Below, in pieces: positions 55,850 to 64,000 of a DNA stretch of 64,000 nt. Positions within the stretch are counted from its first letter, which is position 1. Each line of letters begins with the position of its first letter. The stretch comes from Thermodesulfobacteriota bacterium (GTDB taxonomy: Bacteria; Desulfobacterota; Desulfomonilia; UBA1062): the NCBI GenBank assembly GCA_036834365.1, contig DAITOA010000013.1:141-64140 (forward strand), given 5' to 3'. Made by a program: the position numbers and the translations under genes. The notes under the pieces are model-generated. The model made no database searches and was not told the origin of the DNA. It saw nothing but the letters and a program-made list of their open reading frames with translations.

Positions 55850-57133
55850 CTATCGGAGATAATCCTTCAGCTCTTCCATCCGCGTCTTCACCTGTTCCTT
55901 GATCACGGATATCATGGAAGGCTCGATCCCCAGGGATGCCACTGCGCCCAGCGATTCGGGTTCGGTACCCGGGGGATTCGGGGTGCCGTACCCCATGGAC
56001 TTGACGATGACATTGGCGAGGTGCACCACGAGCAGCTCCCTGCTCGGCGTCAGGATGTTCTCCACCTGGTCGTGAAGCTCGGCTATCTGGACGAAGATTC
56101 CGGGGAAGAGCCACTTCTTCAGCAGCACCGACCCGGATTTGCCGTGGTGGGTATCCACCGTGCTCAAAAGGTCCTGGACGTCCGATTCCGTCTCGCTCTT
56201 GCCGTTCTTTTCGAGCTCGCCGATGACCCTGAGCAACATGAGCTTTCCGATGTCGTGGAGCAGACCGAGGGTGAAGGGGTCTTCCCCGAGCTTGAAGGCC
56301 TTGAGCTCCACGATGATCTGGCACGCATGGGCACAGGACAGGGAATGCTCCCAGAGCCTTTCCACGACCTCGGCGTATTTCTGATGGGCTCCATCGTAGA
56401 GCTCCCTTCCGGAAAGGGCATCCACGGTCTGTTTCGTGGTGACGAGCCCCAGGCGGTTGATGGCCTGCTCCACGGTGGTGTTCTCGGTGATACCCCGGTA
56501 ATAGGAGGAATTGGATATCCTGATGAGCTTCGACGAGATGGCCGGGTCCTGCTTCAGGAGGTCGCCGATCTGCTGTAGATTCGCGCCGGCCTTCATGAGC
56601 TCATGGTATTTCTGCTGGATGCGGGGAAGGGGCGGGAGCTCGATCTCCCCCCGGTTGAAGCGTGCGATCACGGGGATCAAGGGATTCTTCCCGTTGTCCC
56701 CCTGCCCGTTACTCCGACCCTGTGCCTGGGAAAAACCGCCTGAAACCAAGCCATTGTCCCTGAGCTTCTTGGTGAGCGTGTCAGAGCTGAACGGCTTCGT
56801 GATGTAATCGTTGCAGCCGGACCTGATGCACGTGATGATCGTATTCTTGTCTGAGGTCGCGGTGACCATGATGATCTTTACCTGGTCGTCCCTTGCCAGT
56901 CCGTTTCCTTTTTCCATCTCCCTGATGCGGTTCAGCACCTCGGTCCCGTCCATCTCCGGCATGGAGATGTCCAGGGTGATGAGGTCATACATGCTGCCTT
57001 CTTCTTTTGCCTTCAGGATCGCATCCAGCGCGGTCTGCCCGCTCGCCGCCTCGTCGCATTCACCGATGCCGTTCATGATGCGCTTCATCTTCTCCCTGCT
57101 GACGAGATCGTCGTCGACCACGAGGACTCTCAC
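55850..57133 (-). CDS. Response regulator receiver fused to HDOD domain
   Basis: REC (VLVVDDD, TLDISMPEMDG, KPF) followed by an HDOD-type helical region (PLPRIQQ...LLHDIGKLML). Confidence 0.8.
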   Translation of the reverse strand: MRVLVVDDDLVSREKMKRIMNGIGECDEAASGQTALDAILKAKEEGSMYDLITLDISMPEMDGTEVLNRIREMEKGNGLARDDQVKIIMVTATSDKNTIITCIRSGCNDYITKPFSSDTLTKKLRDNGLVSGGFSQAQGRSNGQGDNGKNPLIPVIARFNRGEIELPPLPRIQQKYHELMKAGANLQQIGDLLKQDPAISSKLIRISNSSYYRGITENTTVEQAINRLGLVTTKQTVDALSGRELYDGAHQKYAEVVERLWEHSLSCAHACQIIVELKAFKLGEDPFTLGLLHDIGKLMLLRVIGELEKNGKSETESDVQDLLSTVDTHHGKSGSVLLKKWLFPGIFVQIAELHDQVENILTPSRELLVVHLANVIVKSMGYGTPNPPGTEPESLGAVASLGIEPSMISVIKEQVKTRMEELKDYLR

Positions 57134-57190
57134 GACGACCCCCGTCCCGCAGAACGGTACGCCGCAGCATGGGCATTCACCGTTGCTCTG

Positions 57191-57622
57191 TCAGATGATC
57201 TTTGCATATTCCTCAAGCCTCGAGAGTTCTTCCTCGAGGAGTGCCAGGGTTTCCGAAGCCTTTTCAAGGGGCCCGGTTCCTGCGATGCCCTCCAGTTCGC
57301 TGGCATACCCGGATAAGACGTCCGCCGTCAGGTTGGCCGCACCTCCCTTGATGGAGTGAGCCGCTCTCCTGAGCACCTCGCTGTTCCCGTCCGAAACGGC
57401 CTCCCGCATGGCTGCAATCTGCAGAGACACGGTCTTCATGAAACCGTCCAGGAGTTCCTTGAGGAAGGGCAGATCGTTGTCGAATTCAAGGAGAGCACGT
57501 GAGATATCCAGGGGATTGTGTACCTCGGGACAAGGGCGTACACCTGCACCTGGACACCCTCCATGACTGCGGATGTCCTCACCGCCCGTTTCAGAATGAT
57601 GTGCCATAGACCCTTTCGGCAC
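57191..57622 (-). CDS. Hpt (histidine phosphotransfer) domain protein
   Basis: Hpt signature HSIKGGAANL within a four-helix pattern. Start ambiguous (MPKGSMAHH). Confidence 0.7.
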   Translation of the reverse strand: MPKGSMAHHSETGGEDIRSHGGCPGAGVRPCPEVHNPLDISRALLEFDNDLPFLKELLDGFMKTVSLQIAAMREAVSDGNSEVLRRAAHSIKGGAANLTADVLSGYASELEGIAGTGPLEKASETLALLEEELSRLEEYAKII

Positions 57623-57803
57623 ACCCTATCCTTCAAACGGGGTGTGTTCACCCTGAGGCTGCTCAGGTCTGTTCATACATTCCCCCATGTCTCACCCCGG
57701 ACATTGTCCGTTGTTTTCCCTATCGGAAAACGAGAGGCAAAGCTGAAGCGTCCCGTAGGTCAGGGAACCTGAGGCATGGTGGCCGGACATGGATCGATGG
57801 GGA

Positions 57804-59465
57804 TCAGTCCCTGTCTGCATCCGTCCAGAGCGGGGTGAATACGAACCACTCCGCATCGAAGAGGCCCCTGTCGCTCAGCTTGAGCCGAGGGATGACCAGC
57901 AGTGCCATGAAGGAGAGAGTGATGAAAGGCGCGGACAGGGGTGACCCGAGCTCACCGGTCAGTTTCTGCAGTCGGGCATAGCCCGCGGCCACCTGCGGTC
58001 CTTCGGCGTCCGACATGAGACCTGCTATGGGAAGACGCAAGGATTCCGTTAGGCTGCCTGATGCCACGGCAAGTCCTCCCCTGTTCCCGATGACCGTGTT
58101 CACGGCCCGGCAGATGTCCGCATCCTCGACACCCACGGCCACGATGTTGTGAGAGTCGTGGGCCACGGACGATGCGCAGGCGCCCCTTTTCAGGCCGAAC
58201 CCCCTGATGAAGGCCAGTGCGGGCGGACTCTCCCGATACCGGTTCACCACCGCAATCTTGAGGATGTCCCGTCCGGGGTCAGAAACGGCATATCCGCCCC
58301 GCACCAGGGGCTCTTCGACGGACCGCCCGGTGGTGAGGCTGCCGTCCCCGGCCTCCATGACGTTGACGGCACCTATTCGGGCCCTGACGGCAAAAGCCGC
58401 CTCCTCCATGGGTACGGCATGAAATGCGTTGACGGCCTGCTGAGTCACGCAGTGCAGGAGCGATGCCCCTCCCCGGGCCGCGAGACGGCCGCGGCAATAC
58501 GTCTCCTGCACCGTGAAGGCGTCGAGGTCGTCCACGACGAGGAAATCCGCAGGGTCTCCTTCCTGGAGCAGGCCCACGGACAACCCGTAGTGCCTCGCCG
58601 GGTTGAGGGAGGCGCACCGCAGCACCGTTATCGGATCGTGCCCGAGCCTGATGGCGTCCCTTACCAGGACGTCCATGTGCCCCCGGAGGAGTTCATCGGG
58701 GTGCATGTCATCGCTGCAGAACATGCACATGCCCCCCCGATGATCGATGATGCCGTGCAGTGCCGGGAAATCCCTGGCCGCGGACCCCTGGCGGATAAGG
58801 ACCTTCATGCCCAGCGACAGCTTCTCCATGGCCTCCTCCAGGTCGGAGGTCTCGTGGTCCGTGGCGATGCCGGCCGAAACATAGGCGGCGAGGGCATCGC
58901 CCCTCAGGCCGGGCGCATGGCCGTCCACAGGCTTGCCCGCGCGCTTCGCCGCATCGATCTTGGCCATCACGGCCGGATCCCGGGCGATGACCCCGGGATA
59001 GTTCATGACCTCGCCCAGGTGGCTGATCTCATCCATGGCGAGCAGGGCCTCTATCTCGGGAACCCCAATGGCGGCGCCCGAGGTCTCGAAGGTCGTGGCG
59101 GGCACGCACGAAGGGGCTCCGAACGAAAACCGGAAGGGGCTCGTGCGGGCGTTCTCGATCATGTAGCGTATCCCACCCATGCCCAGCACGTTGGCGATCT
59201 CGTGCGGGTCGCACACGGCTGCCACGGTTCCGTGGGTCAGGGCGACACGGGCGAACTCGGCAGGGGTGAGCATGCTGCTCTCGATATGCACATGGCTGTC
59301 CACCAGGCCGGGGATGATGTACCGGCGCTGCTTCCGGGATTTTGGTTCGATCCGGACGATCCTGCCGCCACGGACATGGAGCGTGGCCGGGAAGATCCTT
59401 CCGGCAACGACGTCTGCGAGGTTTCCCGATATGGTGAATGCTTCAGGGTGCTCCGTGCTCTTCAT
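57804..59465 (-). CDS. ade: Adenine deaminase
   Basis: Amidohydrolase metal-binding SHVHIESS motif near N-terminus; 553 aa; overall Ade-family organisation. Confidence 0.8.
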   Translation of the reverse strand: MKSTEHPEAFTISGNLADVVAGRIFPATLHVRGGRIVRIEPKSRKQRRYIIPGLVDSHVHIESSMLTPAEFARVALTHGTVAAVCDPHEIANVLGMGGIRYMIENARTSPFRFSFGAPSCVPATTFETSGAAIGVPEIEALLAMDEISHLGEVMNYPGVIARDPAVMAKIDAAKRAGKPVDGHAPGLRGDALAAYVSAGIATDHETSDLEEAMEKLSLGMKVLIRQGSAARDFPALHGIIDHRGGMCMFCSDDMHPDELLRGHMDVLVRDAIRLGHDPITVLRCASLNPARHYGLSVGLLQEGDPADFLVVDDLDAFTVQETYCRGRLAARGGASLLHCVTQQAVNAFHAVPMEEAAFAVRARIGAVNVMEAGDGSLTTGRSVEEPLVRGGYAVSDPGRDILKIAVVNRYRESPPALAFIRGFGLKRGACASSVAHDSHNIVAVGVEDADICRAVNTVIGNRGGLAVASGSLTESLRLPIAGLMSDAEGPQVAAGYARLQKLTGELGSPLSAPFITLSFMALLVIPRLKLSDRGLFDAEWFVFTPLWTDADRD

Positions 59466-59536
59466 GGCATATCATTATAGCCGTATCTTTCCGGAGCACA
59501 ACCACAGAGAGACGGGACGCCCTGGGCGGACCGGGA

Positions 59537-61033
59537 TCACCGGTACGTGACGATCTCGGCCCGCAGCCTGCCGATGAGCCCCACCAGGGGCATGAGATCC
59601 TCCGGCGAATCCCCCTCCACGATCTTGATGTGCGTGGCATCCGCCGCTTCCTGGGCAAAGGTCGGGTCGACGGCCGTCCAGGCACCCCCGATACAGCTCT
59701 CCGCCCAGGTGTGATAGAGGAACCCCTGGTGCTCTCCGGAATACACGATGCCGTTCACCACGCGGGTGGGTATACCCGCGGCGCGGGCCAGGGCGGCATA
59801 GAGCAGGGCATGTCCCTGGCACTCCGCCCTGCCCTTGTCCAGCACGTCCAGGGCGGAGAAGACATCCGCCGCCTCCTTCTCGATGTGCCCGTCGATCCAG
59901 GAGAGAATGGCCCGGATACGGGTCTGGGGGTCGTCCGTCGCCTGGGCGACGGCCGCCGCCAGTCCCCGGATCCGGTCACTAGCGGCAGGCACCGCGACGG
60001 ACGACCGGAGATACCTGTCCATGGTACCCGCAGCGCACCCACCCGGTTCCGGGACGCTAACCCCGGCGTCAACCCTGCATATGAGAGCCCCGTTTTTCCG
60101 TGAGCACCGCTGCCGTGCGTCCGAAGGCGGCTTCGTCCCCTCGTCCAGACCGGCGAGGACGACCTCCAGGTATTCCACCTGACGGGGCTTTTCGATCCTT
60201 GCCTCCGTCCTGATGAGGCTGAAGTCGAGCAGGGTCTCGCTCTTGTTCACCGATGAGCGTGCGAGGTAGGCCTTGGCCCGGGCCTCATCCTCGAGGCCCG
60301 AGATCATGACGCCGCCCATGGCCGTCTCCAGTAGGGGCCGGCCGGATGCGTCCAGCCAGGCGGTCGCCTCCTGCCCGTGCATCACGGTCATCACCTTGAA
60401 GCCCGTCCCCTCGAACAGGTCGCTCTCCTCACAGGCAAGGATTTCCTGGCGCACCGGGGAGATGCTCCTGGTCTCGCCGTCGTACACAAGGTACTCGTAA
60501 ATCCTGCCCGTCCGGAGCCCCTGCACGGAAGGATAGAGGTACAGGACACTGGAGGGGTACACCGGTCCGGTGACGGGATGGTCCTGCTCGACGACCTCCC
60601 CTGCCGCATCCACCGATGTCTTCAGGACAGTCCCTTCCATCTTTCCAACAACGGCAAGGACACTGTCGTCCATGTCATAGTCGTAGGAGAACCGGGCAAT
60701 GGTCAGGTCCGCATTCACCCGGTCATGCGCCTTAAGCGAGAACCGCTTCTCCACCATGAGGAACTTCAGGGAAAAGACCGCCTCTGAGACGATGTCGAAC
60801 TGCCCTGCCGTGTCCGGCGCCTTGGAGATCCTGAAGTGGGAGAAGCCGATCTTCTCCCCGTTGAACACGATGCCGCACCAGTATTCCTGCCCGTCGACAT
60901 CCGCCGGGTTAAACCTGACGGTATCGAGAGGCTGGTGTGCAGCGGCTTGGAAGTGGGTGCCCGCGCAGCCCGACATGGCAAGAACCACGAAAGACGCCCA
61001 ATACAGAGAAAGATGCAAGGACAGGGAACGCAT
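59537..61033 (-). CDS. Transglutaminase-like (Cys-His-Asp) domain lipoprotein
   Basis: Signal peptide plus lipobox (LAMSGC). C-terminal papain-like core (CQGHALLYAALARAAG...YHTWAE...DPT). Confidence 0.7.
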   Translation of the reverse strand: MRSLSLHLSLYWASFVVLAMSGCAGTHFQAAAHQPLDTVRFNPADVDGQEYWCGIVFNGEKIGFSHFRISKAPDTAGQFDIVSEAVFSLKFLMVEKRFSLKAHDRVNADLTIARFSYDYDMDDSVLAVVGKMEGTVLKTSVDAAGEVVEQDHPVTGPVYPSSVLYLYPSVQGLRTGRIYEYLVYDGETRSISPVRQEILACEESDLFEGTGFKVMTVMHGQEATAWLDASGRPLLETAMGGVMISGLEDEARAKAYLARSSVNKSETLLDFSLIRTEARIEKPRQVEYLEVVLAGLDEGTKPPSDARQRCSRKNGALICRVDAGVSVPEPGGCAAGTMDRYLRSSVAVPAASDRIRGLAAAVAQATDDPQTRIRAILSWIDGHIEKEAADVFSALDVLDKGRAECQGHALLYAALARAAGIPTRVVNGIVYSGEHQGFLYHTWAESCIGGAWTAVDPTFAQEAADATHIKIVEGDSPEDLMPLVGLIGRLRAEIVTYR

Positions 61034-61099
61034 AACGAAATGTATAATAACTTGCAGGATACAGAAGGGGAAGAATATTTATCGCTGATGTTCAGCCTG

Positions 61100-61810
61100 T
61101 CACGGCTGATACCCGCATGGTGCAGGAGCCTGGCCGCCCACCCCCTCCTCAGGGCTGCACAGCCCCCTGCTTAGGGCATGGATGAGATCCATGCGCGACC
61201 ATACAGGAACCAAGAACCTGGTGGCTGCGCATCCAAGCTCGTCCAGGGCATGGGCGTCGCTGCCTCCGCACCGGATGAGGGGATAGTGCTCCAGCAGGCC
61301 GTTCACCAGGGCATTCTCTTCAGGGGTATTCCTTCCGTTGACTGCCTCGATGACCCCTACAAGTCCCGAGGAGAAAAGGTGCCCGGCCGTGGATCGTCCG
61401 TTACGGAACGGGTGGGCCGCCACGGCTGCACCGTCTGTGCTCCTGACGTTCTCCAGGAGATTGCTGGCTGACATGCCCGGCCTGATGCCCTCCATGGGCC
61501 CAAAGACCAGAAAATCGCCCTCCGGGGTATCGTACTCCATACCGACGATGACCACGAGTCCGTCTTCCTGGACCCCTTCACGGATATGCCGACAAACTTC
61601 CATGGAGTTGTGGTCGGTAATGCAGACCCCGTCGAGCCCCCTGCTTCTCGCATGGGCGAGGATGTCCCCGATCAGCAGGGCGCTGCAGGGTGATATGGTC
61701 GTATGTATGTGGATATCGAAGCGCACCAGCCCTATATGGCAAAAATCGCTTTTCCATTCAAATTTCTTGTTTGAATAGATGCCCGATGGGGAATCAATTC
61801 TTTCATACAA
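61100..61810 (-). CDS. PHP-domain metal-dependent phosphoesterase
   Basis: FDIHIHT, ITDHN, HP and GGSDAH metal-ligand motifs of the PHP fold. Start codon uncertain. Confidence 0.65.
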   Translation of the reverse strand: MYERIDSPSGIYSNKKFEWKSDFCHIGLVRFDIHIHTTISPCSALLIGDILAHARSRGLDGVCITDHNSMEVCRHIREGVQEDGLVVIVGMEYDTPEGDFLVFGPMEGIRPGMSASNLLENVRSTDGAAVAAHPFRNGRSTAGHLFSSGLVGVIEAVNGRNTPEENALVNGLLEHYPLIRCGGSDAHALDELGCAATRFLVPVWSRMDLIHALSRGLCSPEEGVGGQAPAPCGYQP

Positions 61811-61883
61811 GGGGCAGAGAAAGGAATTTACATACCGGGGAATTGTGCATAGAGTTGTCTGAATTTCTTTTCAGGGATGCATC

Positions 61884-63221
61884 ATGTCGAAGAAATGTAT
61901 CCTGATCGTCCTAGACGGACTGGGCGATCGGGCATACGAGGAGCTCTCGGGGCTGACGCCGCTGCAGGCGGCCGATACCCCAACCCTCGACATGCTGGCG
62001 GCGCGCGGATCCAGCGGTCTCTACCATGCGGCCCGTCTCGGCCAGGCCCTGCCCAGTGAAAACGCCCACTTCTTCATGTTCGGCTACGATCCCGCCGACT
62101 TCCCCGGCCGTGGCGTCCTGGAAGCCCTTGGTGCAGGGATCTCCGTGGAACTATCCGAAGTGGCCGTACTTGCCCATCTGGTCAGCCTGCGCCGGGATGC
62201 CGACAGGCTTGTCCTGGTGCGGGACGTCCCCCGGGCATCCCCTGAAGAGGCAGGAGAACTGATCCGGGCGGTGGCCGCTTACGAGGACCATGGCATACGC
62301 CTCAGGTTTGCACAGACCAAGGGTGTCTTCGGGGTAATGGTTCTGTCGGGTGAGGTCTCACCTTTCATCACCGATACCAACACCATGGTGGAGGGCAGCC
62401 TCGTCCCGGCACTGAGACCGTGGGCCTCCCACGCACAGGATCCTGCCGCCCTCAGGACCGCCGGGGTTCTCAAAGGCTTCTTCCTCCATGCCCGGAAAAT
62501 CCTGGGCAATCACCCTGCCAACGACCTCAGGGAGAAGCGGGGTCTCGATCCTATCAACGGGGTCGTCACCCAGCGGCCCGGCCGCATCGGCCCGGTACTC
62601 CCCATGAGGAAACGATACGGTTTCAGATCGCTCTCCATCACCTCGGGCATCCTCTTCAAGGGCATCAGCTCCTATCTAGGGCTGGACTTCATGGAAGTGC
62701 CTGATACCGGCTCCCTGGGCGAGGATCTTGCAGCCCGTCTCCGGACAGCCATGCAGGCACTTCGTGAGTACGATTTCATCCACGTGCACACCAAGGGGCC
62801 CGACGAGGCGGCACATACCAAGAGCCCGAGGGCCAAGAAAGAGGTGATCGAAACACTGGACAGGGGCCTCGCCCGGGCCATAGGACCCGCCCTTCAAGAC
62901 CCGGATGTACTGCTGGTGGTCACATCGGATCATGCCACACCCTCGGCAGGTCCCCTTGTTCATTCGGGTGAGGCCGTTCCCCTGACCTTCGTCGGGCAGG
63001 GCATCCCCCGTGATGATGTTCAGCGATTCGACGAGGTGAGCGCGGCGGCAGGGGCGCTCGGCACCGTGAGAGGGAAAGAGCTGATGTACCTCATCCTCAA
63101 CCACACGGATCGGGCCAAGCTCATGGGCATCATGGACATGACCGTGGACCAGGACTACTGGCCCGGCGATTACGAACCCATGACCATCGAAGACGAAGAG
63201 GGAGGGTCTCATGGCCCCTGA
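61884..63221 (+). CDS. apgM: Cofactor-independent phosphoglycerate mutase, archaeal-type (ApgM / alkaline-phosphatase superfamily)
   Basis: N-terminus CILIVLDGLGDR and the metal-binding TSDHATP region. 445 aa. Confidence 0.7.
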   Translation: MSKKCILIVLDGLGDRAYEELSGLTPLQAADTPTLDMLAARGSSGLYHAARLGQALPSENAHFFMFGYDPADFPGRGVLEALGAGISVELSEVAVLAHLVSLRRDADRLVLVRDVPRASPEEAGELIRAVAAYEDHGIRLRFAQTKGVFGVMVLSGEVSPFITDTNTMVEGSLVPALRPWASHAQDPAALRTAGVLKGFFLHARKILGNHPANDLREKRGLDPINGVVTQRPGRIGPVLPMRKRYGFRSLSITSGILFKGISSYLGLDFMEVPDTGSLGEDLAARLRTAMQALREYDFIHVHTKGPDEAAHTKSPRAKKEVIETLDRGLARAIGPALQDPDVLLVVTSDHATPSAGPLVHSGEAVPLTFVGQGIPRDDVQRFDEVSAAAGALGTVRGKELMYLILNHTDRAKLMGIMDMTVDQDYWPGDYEPMTIEDEEGGSHGP

Positions 63222-63798
63222 TACGGTTTCTCCCACTCCGTACGAGATCGGTGTTATTCACGGCCGCTTCCAGATCCTCCACAACGACCATCTGCGCTAT
63301 CTCCTTGCCGGCATGAACCTGTGCAGGCATCTCGTGGTGGGCATCACCAACCCTGACCCGCATCTGAGCAGGGAGGACCAGGCAGACCCGCATCGGAGCA
63401 CGGCCATGGCGAATCCCCTCACCTATTACGAGAGGCTTCAGATGATACGACTCTGCCTGGAAGAAGAAGGTATCCCCCTAAGCGCCTTCACCATCGTACC
63501 CCTTCCCATCAACATGCCCGACCTGTTCCGTTACTACGTGCCCATGGATGCCGTGTTCTTCCTCACCATCTACGACGACTGGGGACGCAAGAAGCTCAGG
63601 GATTTCAAGTCCCTGGGGCTTTTGACCCACGTACTCTGGGATGTGAATCCTGAACAGAAGGGAATAAGCGCTGCGGACATCCGCAGACGGATTCTGGCTG
63701 GCGAGCCGTGGGAGCACCTCGTTCCTGCGAGGGTTTCAGCGTTCCTGAGATCCCTCGACATTCAGGAACGGCTGCGGCAAATCCAGCACAATCCCTGA
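63211..63798 (+). CDS. HxGH-motif nucleotidyltransferase (cytidylyltransferase-like; NMNAT-like)
   Basis: The IHGRFQILHNDHLRY (G-R-F-Q-x-x-H-x-x-H) motif is diagnostic of the nucleotidylyl-transferase superfamily. Overlaps apgM by 11 nt. Confidence 0.55.
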   Translation: MAPDTVSPTPYEIGVIHGRFQILHNDHLRYLLAGMNLCRHLVVGITNPDPHLSREDQADPHRSTAMANPLTYYERLQMIRLCLEEEGIPLSAFTIVPLPINMPDLFRYYVPMDAVFFLTIYDDWGRKKLRDFKSLGLLTHVLWDVNPEQKGISAADIRRRILAGEPWEHLVPARVSAFLRSLDIQERLRQIQHNP

Positions 63799-64000
63799 CA
63801 TCCAGCCTCAGGTTCTTGCTGCTCACGTGAGGTACAAGGCAGCCCGCGGCCCGCAGGTGAACATGAGATCGAACAGGGAGAGGTCGGGGATGAACCCGCC
63901 CCAGAGCTGGGGGTAGACGGGGGTCGAGGGCCTCATGAATTCGAGCCCTATTCCCGCCTCCTTGAAGAGGTCCGCATCGATCCATTTCCGGGCCGGGTCC

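Noticed and set aside
52487-55902. 350- and 422-aa plus-strand ORFs
   Set aside because: Antisense to DUF169, ECH and Isf-SCP2 genes. Low-complexity translations.
58149-59480. 443-aa plus-strand ORF
   Set aside because: Antisense to adenine deaminase.
63605-64000. Minus-strand coding signal at the very end of the window (ORF 63605-63985 and possibly another frame running off the edge)
   Set aside because: Truncated by the window boundary and without recognisable motifs. It cannot be called.
1-64000. Searched for CRISPR arrays, rRNA, IS/transposase, integrase or phage genes
   Set aside because: No direct-repeat/spacer periodicity, no transposase- or integrase-like translations and no rRNA-like sequence were seen. 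The lower-GC islets lack flanking direct repeats that I could identify by eye.

Overview
High-GC (~60%) bacterial chromosomal window with dense coding, in the style of an anaerobic deltaproteobacterium-like organism (inferred from gene content only). It starts with a minus-strand tRNA operon (Thr-Tyr-Gly, Gly truncated at the window edge), then a conserved uppS-cdsA-dxr-rseP-tsaB housekeeping block. The rest is mixed accessory and metabolic content. This includes many two-component proteins, an orphan peptide-type ABC importer without ATPases, a cysE-cysK-nifU-nifS cluster, an ECF sigma/anti-sigma/Spy-like envelope-stress module, a 2-hydroxyacyl-CoA-dehydratase-like subunit pair, a CoA-transferase and adenine deaminase. 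Most worth a second look: (i) a lower-GC insertion carrying two L,D-transpeptidases followed by a small Ala-rich coiled-coil lipoprotein ending in Lys (Braun-lipoprotein-like; candidate envelope-tethering module); (ii) a 957-aa fusion of an EndoQ-like PHP nuclease domain, a Zn ribbon and a UvrD-family helicase; (iii) two related long perfect palindromes (22-25 bp stems sharing a GTGCATCCCG/CGGGATGCAC core) at gene ends, suggesting a REP-like repeat family; (iv) an AT-richer islet encoding a CsgG-family periplasmic protein with an outer-membrane beta-barrel, next to an Fn3-repeat lipoprotein with an unassigned C-terminal domain. No CRISPR array, rRNA, transposase or integrase was seen. Coordinates were counted by hand against the ORF track and may be off by 1-2 nt.
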